The position numbers were made by a program, and so were the translations under genes. Below, piece by piece: positions 12,331-25,085 of a stretch of DNA of 64,000 nt. The notes below the pieces were generated by a model. That model searched no databases. It had not been told where the DNA came from and worked only from the letters and a program-made list of their open reading frames with translations. The DNA comes from Squalus acanthias (Eukaryota), in contig CM059432.1 in assembly GCA_030390025.1 (NCBI GenBank), forward strand, positions 26,104,001 to 26,168,000. Reading direction: 5' to 3'. Each line of letters starts with the position of its first letter. Position 1 is the first letter of the stretch.

Positions 12331-12939
12331 CATTCCAACTGTAATACTATTATTGGAGTATTTCTCTGTTAAAATATGTATGAGAAACCTGCTTTTAATT
12401 CTTATGGCTTGAGGCTACTGGTGATACCCAATCCAATTCCAAATATGTTAAAATTTATTAAAGCTCAAATGAGAAGTAGAATTCTCATTTCCTGAAGCTA
12501 ACAGGGATGTATGATGCAATTCCAACTAACAACTTAATATTTATGAAACATGTAATGAGAAGCAGGAAAATCTACTGTATTCTGAATTAGTTCCATTCAC
12601 GTCTCCCATTTTGACTTCGGACAAATGTTCTACGTATTAAACCAGTTGCTTGAGGCATCGTATGATGCTGGATTTACTTATATACTTTAAAACCAATTTC
12701 TGCTCAGTCTATAAATATTAAGCTGTAGTGCTCAGATTTCTATGCATTAAAAAAAATGGCAGAATATACAAAATTTAGTGATAATTTGTAATTTAAATTT
12801 CATCAGAAAGACGATTGAAAAAGATTGATTCAGAAGAGGTGTAGATCAAGCGTCCTTGGGATTTAGTCACCAAATTTTTGGAGTCTCAGGACCCAAAATC
12901 ATTAGCAAGTGTCTCAGAGAGGAAAAAAAATAGAAAGTG

Positions 12940-13610
12940 ATAGAAACACTCAGCAGGTCTGTCAGCCTTTGTGGGGAAAACAAATAAGTTAATGGTTCAG
13001 GTGTAGACCCTTTGGGTGATTTTAATCCACTGAGAATGGGGCGGCTGTACAGTTAAAATCGTCGACGGAAAAATTCCTGCCCACCCCCTCTTCAACTGGG
13101 CCCATATTTTTAGGCACTCAAGGCACCAGTCTGACTCAGGCAGGAGCCTCATTAATACATGCAAATCGGGTCCTATGGGGGATCAAGAGGTGCGGGAGTG
13201 CTTCTCCGGGTCCCCCCAAGGAAAGTCTGGGCCTATGCTGCCCCAGACTCTCCCCCATCTCACTTGAGACACTACTGAATCTCCCTTTTCCATGACTTAC
13301 CCGAGTGCCGGACTGCAGCCTATTGGCAGCAAGACAGCTGTTCTTTCCACTGTTTGGGTGGACAGCTGGCTAGCAGCATACAAATGAGGCCCAGGAGTTA
13401 AAATATCCCAGGCCTCAAACTGATGACATCAGGGGTGGGGTGTTGACATCTGCCCTAACTCCCCCCACCACCACCCCACTCCCCCATTCTGAAACCCGCT
13501 TCCAGTTAAAATTTCCCCCTCTGCGTGTCTGGACTCGTCTGTTCTCTATAGATGTTTCCAGCATCTTCTGATTTGTTTCAGATTTCCAGCATCTGCAGCT
13601 TTTTGTCTCC
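12940..13610. mobile_element. Degenerate Penelope terminal-repeat remnant (inverted halves), interrupted by a MITE
   Basis: 'aaacactcagcaggtctgtcagc' and 'tttcagatttccagcatctgcag' match the Penelope end at 55535-55610 in opposite orientations. Confidence 0.55.
13014..13519. mobile_element. Short Harbinger-type MITE
   Basis: Ends gggtgattttaa / ttaaaatttcccc. Flanks TTT/TCT (imperfect TSD). Confidence 0.65.
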
Positions 13611-13784
13611 AGAAAATTGTCAAATCCATAAAACACCACTTCTACACTAGAAAAGGACAGTAACTGCACTAGTCAAGCATCAAATAAAACTATAGTGCAT
13701 AACAAGGATTGCCAGAAGAATACCAGTATGTTTTTATTATTGGCTCTTGCTCTTTGGATCTGAATTAAGCACTAAATATCTCAT

Positions 13785-15210
13785 GCGAGGAGTCGGCGGC
13801 AGAGAATAAAGAGAGCGGGACCCGGGGATAGTGCGGACCTGCGAGGAGTGGGTACCAGAGGCGGCAGAGAATAAAGAGAGCGGGACCCGAGGGCAGCACG
13901 GCCCTGCGAGGAGTCGGCGGTAGGGGCGGCAGAGAATAAAGAGAGCGGGACCCGGGGACAGTGCGGACCTGCGAGGAGTGCAGCGGGCACAGAGTTAACA
14001 ACTTGGAGTTTGAGCAGTGGCAGACCTAAGCGGGAGCAGACCGAGGCCCGAGAGCGGGGATAAAAGCAACAGCAGACCTACAACAAGACAAAACTGCAGT
14101 GTGACGTCACAGGTAAGTGATTGGTAGTGACTGTGGGCTAAGTTTTAAGTTAACATATAGGATATAACTAAATAAAAAAAACTAAACTTAATTGAATTAA
14201 TTTAATAAACGAGGTAAATAATTTGATTAACACTAAACTAATTAATTAAATAAATAAAATAATGGGAGAACAGGAGATGTGTTGCTGCTGCAATATGTGG
14301 GAGCTTGTAGACATTTTTGTCCAGGGTGACTACATCTGCCGTAAATGTCTGCGGCTCGAGGAACTTTGGCTCCGAGTTGAGGAGCTGGAGTCTGAGCTGC
14401 AGACATTGCGAGACATCAGGGAGGGAGAAAGTTACCTGGACCTTTTGCTCCAGGAGGCAGCCACACCCCTTAGTTTAAATACTTTAGAATTGACACGTGG
14501 TCAGGGACAGGAGGCTGTGACTGCGAGTGAGGCAGATACGGGGATCCAGGAGGTAGTATTGCAGGAGCCTCAGTCCCTGCACTTGTCCAACAGATTCGAG
14601 GTTCTTGCAACACTTGTGGACAGGTGCGGGGACTGCGGGGAGGACAAGCAAACTGACCACGACACCGTGGTACAGGAAGCCGTTCAAGTGGGGGGAGTAA
14701 AAAGGAAGGTGGTTGTAGTAGGCGACAGTATAGTTAGGGCGATAGATACTGTTCTCTGCAGCCAGGAGCACGAGTCCCGAAGGCTGTGTTGCCAGGGTAA
14801 AGGACATCTCCTCCGGGCTGGAGAAGAACTTGGAGTGGGAGGGGGAGGATCCAGTTGTCGTGGTCCACGGAGGTACCAACGACATAGGTAGGACAAAGAA
14901 ACAGGTTCTGCTGAGAGAGTTTGAGCATCTAGGGACTAAATTAAAAAGCAGAACCACAAAAGTAATAATCTCTGGATTATTACCTGAGCCACGAGCAAAT
15001 TGGCATAGGGTCAATAGGATCAGGGAGATGAATGCGTGGCTCAAAGATTGGTGTAGGAGAAGTGGGTTTCGATTCGTGGGGCACTGGCACCAGTACTGGG
15101 GAAAGAGAGAGCTATTCCGTTGGGATGGACTACACCTGAACCATGCTGGGACCAGAGTTCTAGCGAATCGAATAACTAGGGAGGTAGATAGGGCTTTAAA
15201 CAAAAGAAGG

Positions 15211-15241
<31 letters not shown>

Positions 15242-18200
15242 CGGGGGTGGGGGTGGTGGGCAGGGTCCCAGTGGAGATAAATCTAGAATGCTAAAGAGAA
15301 AAGACAAGGAAGCAGTGCAGGAAAATGATTGGGGTAAGGATAACCAGATTGTGTCAGGAAGGGACAGAGCGTACAAACAAAAGAGTGCACTAACAAATAG
15401 GGTCTGGGTAAGAAAAAATGGTAATAAGACAAATGGGGTAAGGATAACCAGATTGTGTCAGGAAGGGACAGAGCGTACAAACAAAAGAGTGCACTAACAA
15501 ATAGGATCTGGGTAAGAAAAAATGGTAATAAGACAAATAGGGCCATAGTACAAAAAAATGTTCAGATATCTAAAAATGTTAAGACGACAAATCTAAAGGC
15601 ACTGTATCTGAATGCACGAAGTATTCGTAATAAGATAGATGAATTAACAGTGCAAATAGATGTAAACGGATATGATATAATTGCTATTACGGAGATTCGG
15701 CTGCAGGGTGACAAAGGCTGGGAGCTGAATATCCAAGGATATTCGATATTTAGGAAGGACAGGCAAAAAGGAAAAGGAGGTGGGGTGGCGTTGTTAGTAA
15801 AGGATGAAATCAGAGCAATAGTGAGGAAGGATATTGGCTCAGAAAATCAAGATGTAGAATCAGACTGGGTGGAGCGAAGAAGCACCAAGGGGCAGAAAAC
15901 ATTGGTGGGAGTTGTCAATAGGCCTCCAAACAGTAGTGGTAATGTAGGGGATGGCATCAAACAGGAAATTAGAGATGCATGTAACAAGGGTACTACAATA
16001 ATCATGGGTGACTTTAATCTACATATAGACTGGCCAAACCAAATTAGCAATAATACTGTGGAGGATGAATTCCTGGAGTGTGTACGAGATGGTTTTTTAG
16101 ACCAGTACGTTGAGGGGCTAACTAGGGAACAGGCTATCCTAGATTGGTATTGTGCAACGAGAAGGGGTTAATTAATAATCTTGTTGTGTGGGGTCCTTTC
16201 GGGAAGAGTGACCATAACATGATAGAATTCTTCATTAAAATGGAAAATGAAGTAGTCCAATCCGAAACTAGGGTCCTAAATCTAAACAAAGGAAACTATG
16301 AAGGTATGAGGAGTGAGTTGGCTATGATAGATTGGGGAGCTTCATTAAAAGGCATGACGGTGGATAGGCAATGGCTAACATTTAAGGAACGAATGCATGA
16401 ATTACAACAGTTATACATTCCTTTCTGGCGCAAAAACACAAAAGGAAAAGCGGCCCAACCATGGCTAACAAAAGAAATTAAGGGTAGTATTAGATCCAAA
16501 GAGGAGTCATATAAAGTTGCCAGAAAAAGTAGCAAGCCTGAGGATTGGGAGCAGTTTAGAATTCAGCAAAAAAGGACCAAGAGATTGATTAAGAGGGGAA
16601 AAATAGAGTATGAGAGTAAACTTGCAAGGAACATAAAAGTGGACTGTAAAAGCTTCTACAAGTATGTAAAAAGAAAAAGATTAGTGAAGACAAATGTAGG
16701 TCCCTTACAGTCAGAAATGGGAGAATTTATAATGGGGAACAAGGAAATGGCAAAGGAATTAAACAAATACTTTGGTTCTGTCTTCATGGAAGAGGACACA
16801 AATAACTTCCCAAAATGCTAGGGAACCAAGGGTCTCGTGAGAAGGAGAATTAAAGGAAATTAGTATTAGTAAAAAAATAGTGCTGAAGAAATTAATTGGA
16901 CTGAAAACTGATAAATCCCCAGGGCCTGATAATCTGCATCCCAGAGTACTAAAAGAGGTAGCCATGGAAATAGTGGATGCATTGGTTGTCATCTTCCAAC
17001 ATTCTATAGATTATGGAACAGTTCCTGCAGATTGGAGGGTGGCAAATGTAACCCCACTATTTAAAAAAGGAGGGAGAGAGAAAACAGGGAACTATCGACC
17101 GGTTAGCCTAACATCAGTAGTCGGGAAAATGCTAGAGTCTATTATAAAGGATGTGATAACAGGACACTTAGAAAATATCAACGGGATTAGACAAAGTCAA
17201 CATGGATTTATGAAAGGGAAATCGTGTTTGACAAACGTACTGGAGTTTTTTGAGGATGTAACTGGTAGAATAGATAAGGGAGAACCAGTGGATGTGGTGT
17301 ATTTGGATTTTTAGAAGGCCTTCAATAAAGTTCCACATAAGAGGTTAGTGTGCAAAATTAAAGCACATGGAATTTGGGTAATATACTGGCATGGATTGAA
17401 AATTGGTTAACAGACAGGAAACAGAGAGTAGGAATAATTGGGTCTTTTTCGGGGTGGCAGGCGGTGACTAGTGGGGTACCGCAGGGATCAGTGCTTGGGC
17501 CCCAGCTATTCACAATATATATCAATGATTTGGATGAGGGAACCAAATGTAATATTTCCAAGTTTGCTGACGACGCGAAACTAGGTGGTATTGAGAGTTG
17601 TGAGGAGGATGCAAAGAGGCTTCAAGGCGATTTAGACAAGTTGAGTGAGTGGGCAAATACATGGCAGATGCAGTATAACATGGATAAATGTGAAGTTATC
17701 CACTTCGGTAGGAAAAACAGAAAGGCAGAGTATTATTTAAATGGTGATAGATTGGGAAATGTTGATGTACAAAGGGACCTGGGGGTCCTTGTGCACCAGT
17801 CACTGAAAGCAAACATGCAGGTGCAGCAAGCAGTTAGGAAGGCAAATGGTACGTTGGCCTTCATTGCAAGAGGATTTGAGTACAGGAGCAAGGATATCTT
17901 ACTACAGTTATACAGGGCCTTGGTGAGACCACACCTGGAGTAGTGTGTGCAGTTTTGGTCTCCTTACTTAAGAAAAGGATATACTTGCCATAGAGGGATT
18001 GCAGTGAAGGTTCACCAGACTGATTCATGGGATGGCAGGACTGTCGTATGAGGAGAGATTGGGTCGACTAGGCCTGTATTCATTAGAGTTTCGAAGAATG
18101 AGAGGGGATCTCATTGAAACGTATAAAATTCTGACAGGGCTAGACAGACTGGATGCAGGGAGGATGTTTCCCCTGGCTGGGGGTTCTAGAATGAGGGGTC

Positions 18201-18475
18201 ACAGTCTCAGGATATGGGGTAGGACATTTAGGACTGAGATGAGGAGAAATTTCTTCACTCAGAGGGTGGTGAACCTGTGGAATTCTCTACCACAGAAGGC
18301 TGTGGAAGCCAAGTCACTGAATATATTTAAGAAGGAGATAGAAAGATTTCTGGAGGTATGGGGAGAGAGCGGGAATATGGTCTTGATCATATTGAATGGT
18401 GGAGCAGACTCGAAGGGCCGAATGGCCTACTCCTGCTCCTATTTTTCTATGTTTCTATTTTATTTATGATCTTAA
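13785..18475 (+). mobile_element. Near full-length CR1 LINE (5' tandem repeats, ORF1 with zinc finger, leucine zipper and SGNH esterase; ORF2 APE+RT), disabled
   Basis: ORF1: CxxC..CxxC, LRVEELESELQTL, VVVGDS, GTND, DGLHLN. ORF2: YLNARS, GDFN, SDH, QHGF, FADD. Several stops and frameshifts. Confidence 0.93.
15331..15538 (+). repeat. 104-bp tandem duplication in the CR1 inter-ORF region
   Basis: 15331-15434 and 15435-15538 differ by one substitution. Confidence 0.9.
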
Positions 18476-19384
18476 TAGTCAATGGAGACTTTCCCTCTGA
18501 AAAAAGCTTCTACCCAAACTGAGAGTCCATAGAATTTCAAGATCCATTTGGATACACATCGACTTTTTAAATTATATTAATATGAATATTTGTAACCTCT
18601 ATCTTTTGACTAAGTTGGCGGGCTGGGGAGAAGATCCACCTCATTATTTTTCAATAATCTTTAATCCTTACAAGTGAAGCATCCAAAATAGAATGCACCT
18701 TCATGCATGACATGGAATTATGTCATTTGATGATTACTTGATCGTGCAGTTGGCATCAATTTTCAAACTTGTAAAAATAGCTGTCCAGCATATGAGAATT
18801 AAATGGAAATACACTGAAGATACTGAATACCATCAAATGTTACCAAGGTGAACAAACCCAACCTATTGATGTTACCAGAAAATAAAAGTATGAACTATTT
18901 ACACACTTAGCTGAAGTTTCCCTGATGTACAGGTTCTGTCTTGTGCCCAATTATTTGGCATTAAAGTTTTGCTAAGACAAGAAGCTATTCCCTTCTAAAT
19001 GTTGCCTTTCCAATGAAATGCATGCAGTGATCTTGGACCCTTTTGTGCTAAGGGTTCACCATGAAGGTGAAGGGAAACAGATACTTTTTTCAGAATGCAG
19101 AACTAAGTAAAAGTACTACAAAAGTTCAGATAAATAGTTGCAAAAGTGAATACTACTTAGTCATATTCCTTAAAACTATAAAGGTCTCTAATTTCATGCT
19201 ATACTATAATTTTTGGCACAATTTTATTGAAACACCACCAACATTATGGCAATTATGTGACAAATTCTATTTAATCCAACAAAAAATGTATTTTCTGTAA
19301 TACAACGTAGCATTTTAAAATAGGTAGCTGTACCAACAAGAAAACAATAGCGTAAGTTACAAGTCACCAAATACAAACACATCG

Positions 19385-19805
19385 GGTTACATCGAGTCTA
19401 CAGCACAGAAACAGGGCATTCAGCCCAACTGGTCCATGCCGCCATATATGCCCATCCGAGCCTCCTCCAGCCCTCTCATCTAACCCTTTCAGCATACCCT
19501 TCTATTCCTTTCTCCCTCATGTGCTTATCTAGCTTCCCCTTAAATGCATCTATGCTATTTGCCTCAACTACTCCTTGTGTTCCACGCTCATCACTCTTTG
19601 GGTAAAGAAGTTTCTCCTGAATTGCCTGTTGGATTTATCAATGACTATCTTACATTTATGACCTCTAGTTTTGGTCTCCCCACACAAGTGGAAACTTTTT
19701 CCTCCACGTCTAACCTATCAAGGCCTTTCATTATCTTAAAGACCTCTATCAGGTCACCCCTCAGCATTCTGTTTTCAGAGAAAAGTAACCAAGCCTGTTC
19801 AATCT
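19385..19805 (-). mobile_element. CR1 3' fragment
   Basis: 'LRGDLIEVFKIMKGLD' and a CR1-type 3' UTR. Confidence 0.75.
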
Positions 19806-21787
19806 TTCTAGAATTGTACTCTACATCCCTGCAGTTTATGTACCACACAAACAATCCCCAGTGATGTAACTGCACCGGTGCCTATTATCATACAGTTTCT
19901 CTGCACAACGGCCTCTTAGCTTAGGATATCCAGCTGCCAGGCTTCATTCAACAGTACCGACTTAACAGTATCAACACAACAGTTCAAGTACTTTTAATAA
20001 AGAGGGCTTTTTGAACTCTACAATTATATAAAATTAATTTTATTCTAACTGGTTTTAAAAACAAATAATTAGCAACTCATTAAGGACAAGCAGACTCGAT
20101 GGGCCGAATGGCCTCCTTCTGTGCTGTACTATTCTATGAATTTATTCAAAAAAACACATCAGTTCAATTTACACAGTGAACTTCTAACAGCACATAATGA
20201 GAAAGCCTCCCATTTTAAAAGGGGCAATCAAAACTACTTTCTGTTAGCAGATGAAACTGGTCAGCACAGAGATGCTATCAAAACATGTTAAAAAAGAATG
20301 CTCGTGCACTAGACCTGTCATAGAGTCATAGTCATACAGCACAGAAAGAGGCCCTTCGGCCTATCGTGTCCGCGCCGGCCATCAAGCCCCATCTATTCTA
20401 ATCCCAATTTCCAGCACTTGGTCCGTAGCCTTGTATGCTATGGCATTTCAAGTGCTCATCTAAATGCTTCTTGAATGTTGTGAGGGTTCCTGCCTCTACC
20501 ACCCTTTCAGGCAGTGAGTTCCAGATACCAACCACCCTCTGGGTGAAAAAGTTTTTCTCCAATCCCCTCTAAACTTCCTGCCCCTTACCGTGAATCTATG
20601 CCCCCTGGTTATTGACCCCTCTACTAAGGGAAAAGTTCCTTTCTATCTACCCTATCTATGCCCCTCATAATTTTGTACACCTCAATCAGGTCCCCGCTCA
20701 GCCTTCTCTGCTCTAAGGAAAACAACCCCAGCCTGTCCAGTCTCTCTTCATAGCTGAAGCACTCCAGCCCAGGTAACATCCTGGTGAATCTCCTCTGCAC
20801 CCTCTCCAATGCAATCACATCCTTCCTATAGTGTGGCGACCAGAACTGCACACAGTATTCCAGCTGTGGCCTAACTAGCATTTTGTACAGCTCCATCATA
20901 ACCTCCCTGCTCTTATATTCTATGCCTCGGCTAATGAAGGCAAGTATCCCATATGCCTTTTTAACCACCTTATCTACCTGTCCTGCTGCCTTCAGGGATC
21001 TATGTACATGCACACCAAGGTCCCTCTGATCCTCTGTCCTTCCTAGGGTCCTACCATTCATTGTGTATTCCCTTGCCTTGTTAGTCCTCCCAAAATGCAT
21101 CACCTCACACATTTCAGGGTTAAATTCCATGTGCCACTGTTCTGCCCATCTGACCAACCCGTCTATATCGTCCTGTAGCCTGAGGCTTCCCTCCTCGCTA
21201 TTTACCACTCCACCAATTTTCGTGTCATCTGCGAATTTACTGATCATACCTCTTACATTCATATCTAAATCATTAATGTACACTACAAACAGAAAAGGAC
21301 CCAGCACCGATCCCTGCGGCACACCACTGGACACAGGCTTCCAGTCACAAAAACAACCTTCGACCATCATCCTCTGCCTCCTGCCACTAAGCCAATTTTG
21401 GATCCAATGTGCCAAATTGCCCTGGATCCCATGGGCTCTTACCTTCTTGACCAGTCTCCCATGCGGGACTTTGTCAAAAGCCTTACTGAAGTCCATGTAG
21501 ACTACATCAACTGCACTACCCTCATCCACACACCTAGTCACCCCCTCGAAAAATTCAATCAAATTGGTTAGACATGATCTCCCCCTGACAAAGCCATGCT
21601 GACTATCCTGGATTAATCCTTGCCTGTCCAAGTGGAGACTATTTCTGTCCTCAGAATTTTTTCCAATAATTTCCCTACCACTGATGTTAGGCTCACTGGC
21701 CTGTAATTCCCTGGTTTATCCCTACTACCCTTCTTGAATAATGGTACTACGTTAGCTGTCCTCCAGTCCTCTGGCACCTCCCCTATG

Positions 21788-22056
21788 ATGCGGAGAAGCC
21801 GGTGTTGGACTGGGGTGGACAAAATTGAGAGGTCGCACAACACCAGGTTATAGTCCAACAGTTTTATTTTAAATCACAAGCTTTCGGAGTTAAAACTCCT
21901 TCGTCGGGTGAAGTGAGGAGATACAGAATCGTCAAATGCTTTGACGATTCTGTATCTCCTCACTTCACCCGACGAAGGAGTTTTAACTCCGAAAGCTTGT
22001 GATTTAAAATAAAACTGTCGGACTATAACCTGGTGTTGTGCGACCTCTCAATTTTG
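21788..22056. mobile_element. Penelope-derived non-coding hairpin insertion carrying two hammerhead-like motifs
   Basis: 12-bp TSD acctcccctatg (21776-21787, 22057-22068). Arms 21820-21936 and 21940-22056. Same terminal sequence as the GIY-YIG-linked insert at 54340. Confidence 0.85.
21965..22002 (+). ncRNA. Minimal type I hammerhead ribozyme-like motif (core variant CCGACGA); mirror copy at 21874-21911 on the minus strand
   Basis: TCAC CCGACGA A GGAG ttttaa CTCC GAAA GCTT GTGA: stem I TCAC/GTGA, stem II GGAG/CTCC, palindromic AAGCTT at helix III. Confidence 0.65.
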
Positions 22057-24901
22057 ACCTCCCCTATGGCCAGAGAGGTTCTGAAAATTTGTGTCAGAGC
22101 CCCTGCAATCTCCTCCCTTGCCTCACACAGCAGCCTGGGATACATCTCGTCTGGGCCTGGGGATTTATCCACTTTTAAGCCCGCTAAAACCGCTAGTACC
22201 TCCTCCCTCTCAATACTAATTTGTTCAAGTATATCACAATCCCCCTGCCTGATTTCTATGCCTACATCGTCCTTCTCCATAGTGAACAGAGATGCAAAAT
22301 ATTAATTTAAAACCTCACCCACATCTTCCGGCTCTACACACAGATTGCCACTTTGGTCCCTAATGGGCCCTACTCTTTCCCTGGTTATCCTCTTGCCCTT
22401 AATATACTTATAAAACACCTTGGGATTTTCCTTTATTTTGCCCGCCAGTGTTTTTTCATGTCCCCTCTTCGCTCTCCTAATTTCTTTTTTAAGTACCCCC
22501 CTGCACTTTCTATACTCCTCTAGGGCTTCCACTGTTTTTAGTCCTTTGTATCTGCCAAAAGCCTCCCTTTTTTTCCTAATCCATTCTTGTATATCCCTTG
22601 ACAGCCAGGGTTCCCTGGGCTTGTTGGTCCCACACTTGACCTTTACGGGAACATGTTGGCATTGTACTCTCTCCATTTCCTTTCTGAAAGACTCCCACTG
22701 CTCTGATGTGGATTTTCCTACAAGTAGCTGATCCTAGTCCACTTTGGCCAGATCCTGCCTTTTCATATTAAAACCGGCCTTCCCCCAATTTAGAACCTTT
22801 ATTTCCAGTCCATCTTTGTCCTTTTCCATGACTACCTTAAATCTCACCGAATTATGGTCACAGTCAACAAAATGCTCTCCTACTGACACTTCTACCACTT
22901 GCCCGGCTACATTCCCTAGAATTAGGTCCAGTACCGCCCCCTCTCTTGTAGGACTTTCTACATGCTGGCTCAATAAGCTGTCCTGGATGCACTTTAAGAA
23001 TTCCGCACCCTCTAACCCTTTCACACTCTGACTATCCCCTACTATTATTACCCTATTATTTCTACACTTCTCTGAGATTTGCCTACATATCTGTTCCTCT
23101 ATCTCCCCCTGACTGTTTGGGGGCCTATAGTACACTCCCAGCAAAGTGCTTGCCCCCTTTTTGTTTTTAAGTTCTACCCATATGGCCTCATTAGAGGAAC
23201 CTGCTAAGATAGCATCCCTCCTTACAGCAGTAATTGACTCCTTGATTAATATTGCGACACCCCCTCCTCTTTTACAACCCCCTCAAGATTCCATACCCCG
23301 GAATATTGAGCTGCCAGTCCTACCCCTCCCTGAACCATGACTCTGTGATCGCAACAATATCATACTCCCATGTGTTCATCAACACCTTCAATTCATCTGC
23401 CTTACTCGCAAGACTCCTTGCATTAAAATAAATGCCATCAAGCCTTGCCATACTCCCTTGTGCCGTTACATATTTGCTCTGCCTTCCAGGCTGTCTTGTT
23501 TTTTCCTCTATATTTGGCTGTGCATCACCCCTACTATAGCTCCCCTCTGTATCCCATCCCCCTGCCAAGTTAGTTTAAACCCCCCCCCCCCAACAGCACT
23601 AGCAAACCTCCCCGCAAGGATGTTGGTCCCGTTCCGGTTCAGGTGCAACCCGTCCCACCTTCCCCAGAAGCAGACCCAATGATCCAGGAAACTAAAGTCC
23701 TCCCTTCTGCACCAACTCTTTAGCCACGCATTCATCTGCTCTATCTTCCTATTCCTATACTCACTAGCACGTGGCACCGGGAGTAATCCAGAGATTACAA
23801 CCTTTGAGGTCCTGCTTTTTAATCTGCTACCTAGCTCCCTAAATTCTTGTTGCAGGACCTCATCCCTCTTTCTACCCATGTCGTTGGTACCAATGTGAAC
23901 CACGACCTCTGACTGTTCGCCCTCCCCCTTCAGAATTCCCTGCAGCCGTTCAGTGACATCCAGATTAGAGCCATCTGAGACACACGCAGCAATTGTACAA
24001 TACTGCACTAGTTTCCCTCACTCTTGTATCTGTTAGAGTAAAGAGGTAACATACCCAAAGTTAAAAATTAGGGAGTTGGAACTAAAAAGTGAAGTCAATA
24101 GTTTTTTTTCAGCCTAAGAGCAATAAAGGATGTCTCTTAAAGGAGGCAAATGGGTTGAGGAAGAGTTTCTGGAGAGAAACAATTGAAGGATTTAGTTAGA
24201 AGTTGTGTAGATTTATTAAAAAGGAGACACGTTTGTTGAATGGAAAAGGAAAAGTTTTGTGGCTGACCCGAGTTCCACAGGTCTGGCCCTGTACAGGTGG
24301 GACATCTGGAAGTACTGAGGCAAAACATGGGTAAATTTCAATCACAAAACCAATTTAACATATTCACCCTTTATAATTGGGTAAGACATAAAAGCCCCTC
24401 TATGTACTACAATAACTACTTTAGGGATGTAACCATCCAGTCCACAAGTGCTCTCTGTGTGGATTGGTCTATAAATATTAGATTCTTGAGTTAGTTTGAT
24501 AGGATCTGCAAATCTGCTGACTGTCTCCATTTGTGAATACTGAAGTCATAGAATCATGGAAATTTACGGCTTAGAAGGAGGCCATTCGGCCCATCGTGTC
24601 TTTGCTGGAAAGGCACAGTGGAGAATTCATTTAGACACGCTTGCCATTTTCAGATCCTCCATATACAGTACTATTCTATTTCTTAAAAGGATCCATCTGG
24701 TTTAACATTGTTTGCTTTTCTGACAGCATTCTAATAATAAAATGATCTTTAACTGACTTTTCCTAGGGCTCCCAAGTCCTTGTTATGTTTTGATACCTAG
24801 TTTAAAAAAAAATGAAGCCATTTTTGAACTCCATATTAATATCATGCCATTATTACTCAAAATTATACTAATCACAAATCTAGAAACAGAAATTTACTTA
24901 C

Positions 24902-25085
24902 GTATTCACCATATGTAGTGTCTTGTACTGGGGGTGGTGGAGGTCTGTAACCTTGTGCTCCTCTTGCTCTTGGTGCTGGGACGCCACGTCCTCTAGCTCC
25001 AGGACCTCGACCTGGAGGTGCTCCTCTGGGGACTGGCCCTGCTCGTGGAACTGCAGATGTGGGGGGAGGAACTCCACCACGGCCT
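24902..25085 (-). CDS. KHDRBS3: KHDRBS3 exon, RG/proline-rich: (R)[61 protein letters not shown]
   Basis: 184 bp, phase 2/0. TTTACCAG acceptor, GTAAGT donor. Ends in [13 protein letters not shown] as in KHDRBS3. Confidence 0.92.

Larger units (their letters stand above)
20318..23960 (-). mobile_element. CR1 LINE (ORF1 esterase part, APE, RT, 3' tail), disabled
   Basis: ORFs 23508-24008 (HIGTND, DGLHLN), 22734-23144, 22302-22676 and 20624-21631 (QHGF, FADD). (catagagt)-type tail. Confidence 0.93.

Noticed and set aside
15211..15260. Long poly-G run (also about 5827-5846 and 47605-47620) as functional G-quadruplex
   Set aside because: Homopolymer expansions, with lengths possibly affected by sequencing; no supporting evidence of function.
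1..24900. Downstream tyrosine-rich KHDRBS3 exons (and the upstream QUA1 exon in 43440-64000)
   Set aside because: I found no matching sequence with splice sites by eye. They probably lie outside the window, though a short diverged exon could have been missed.
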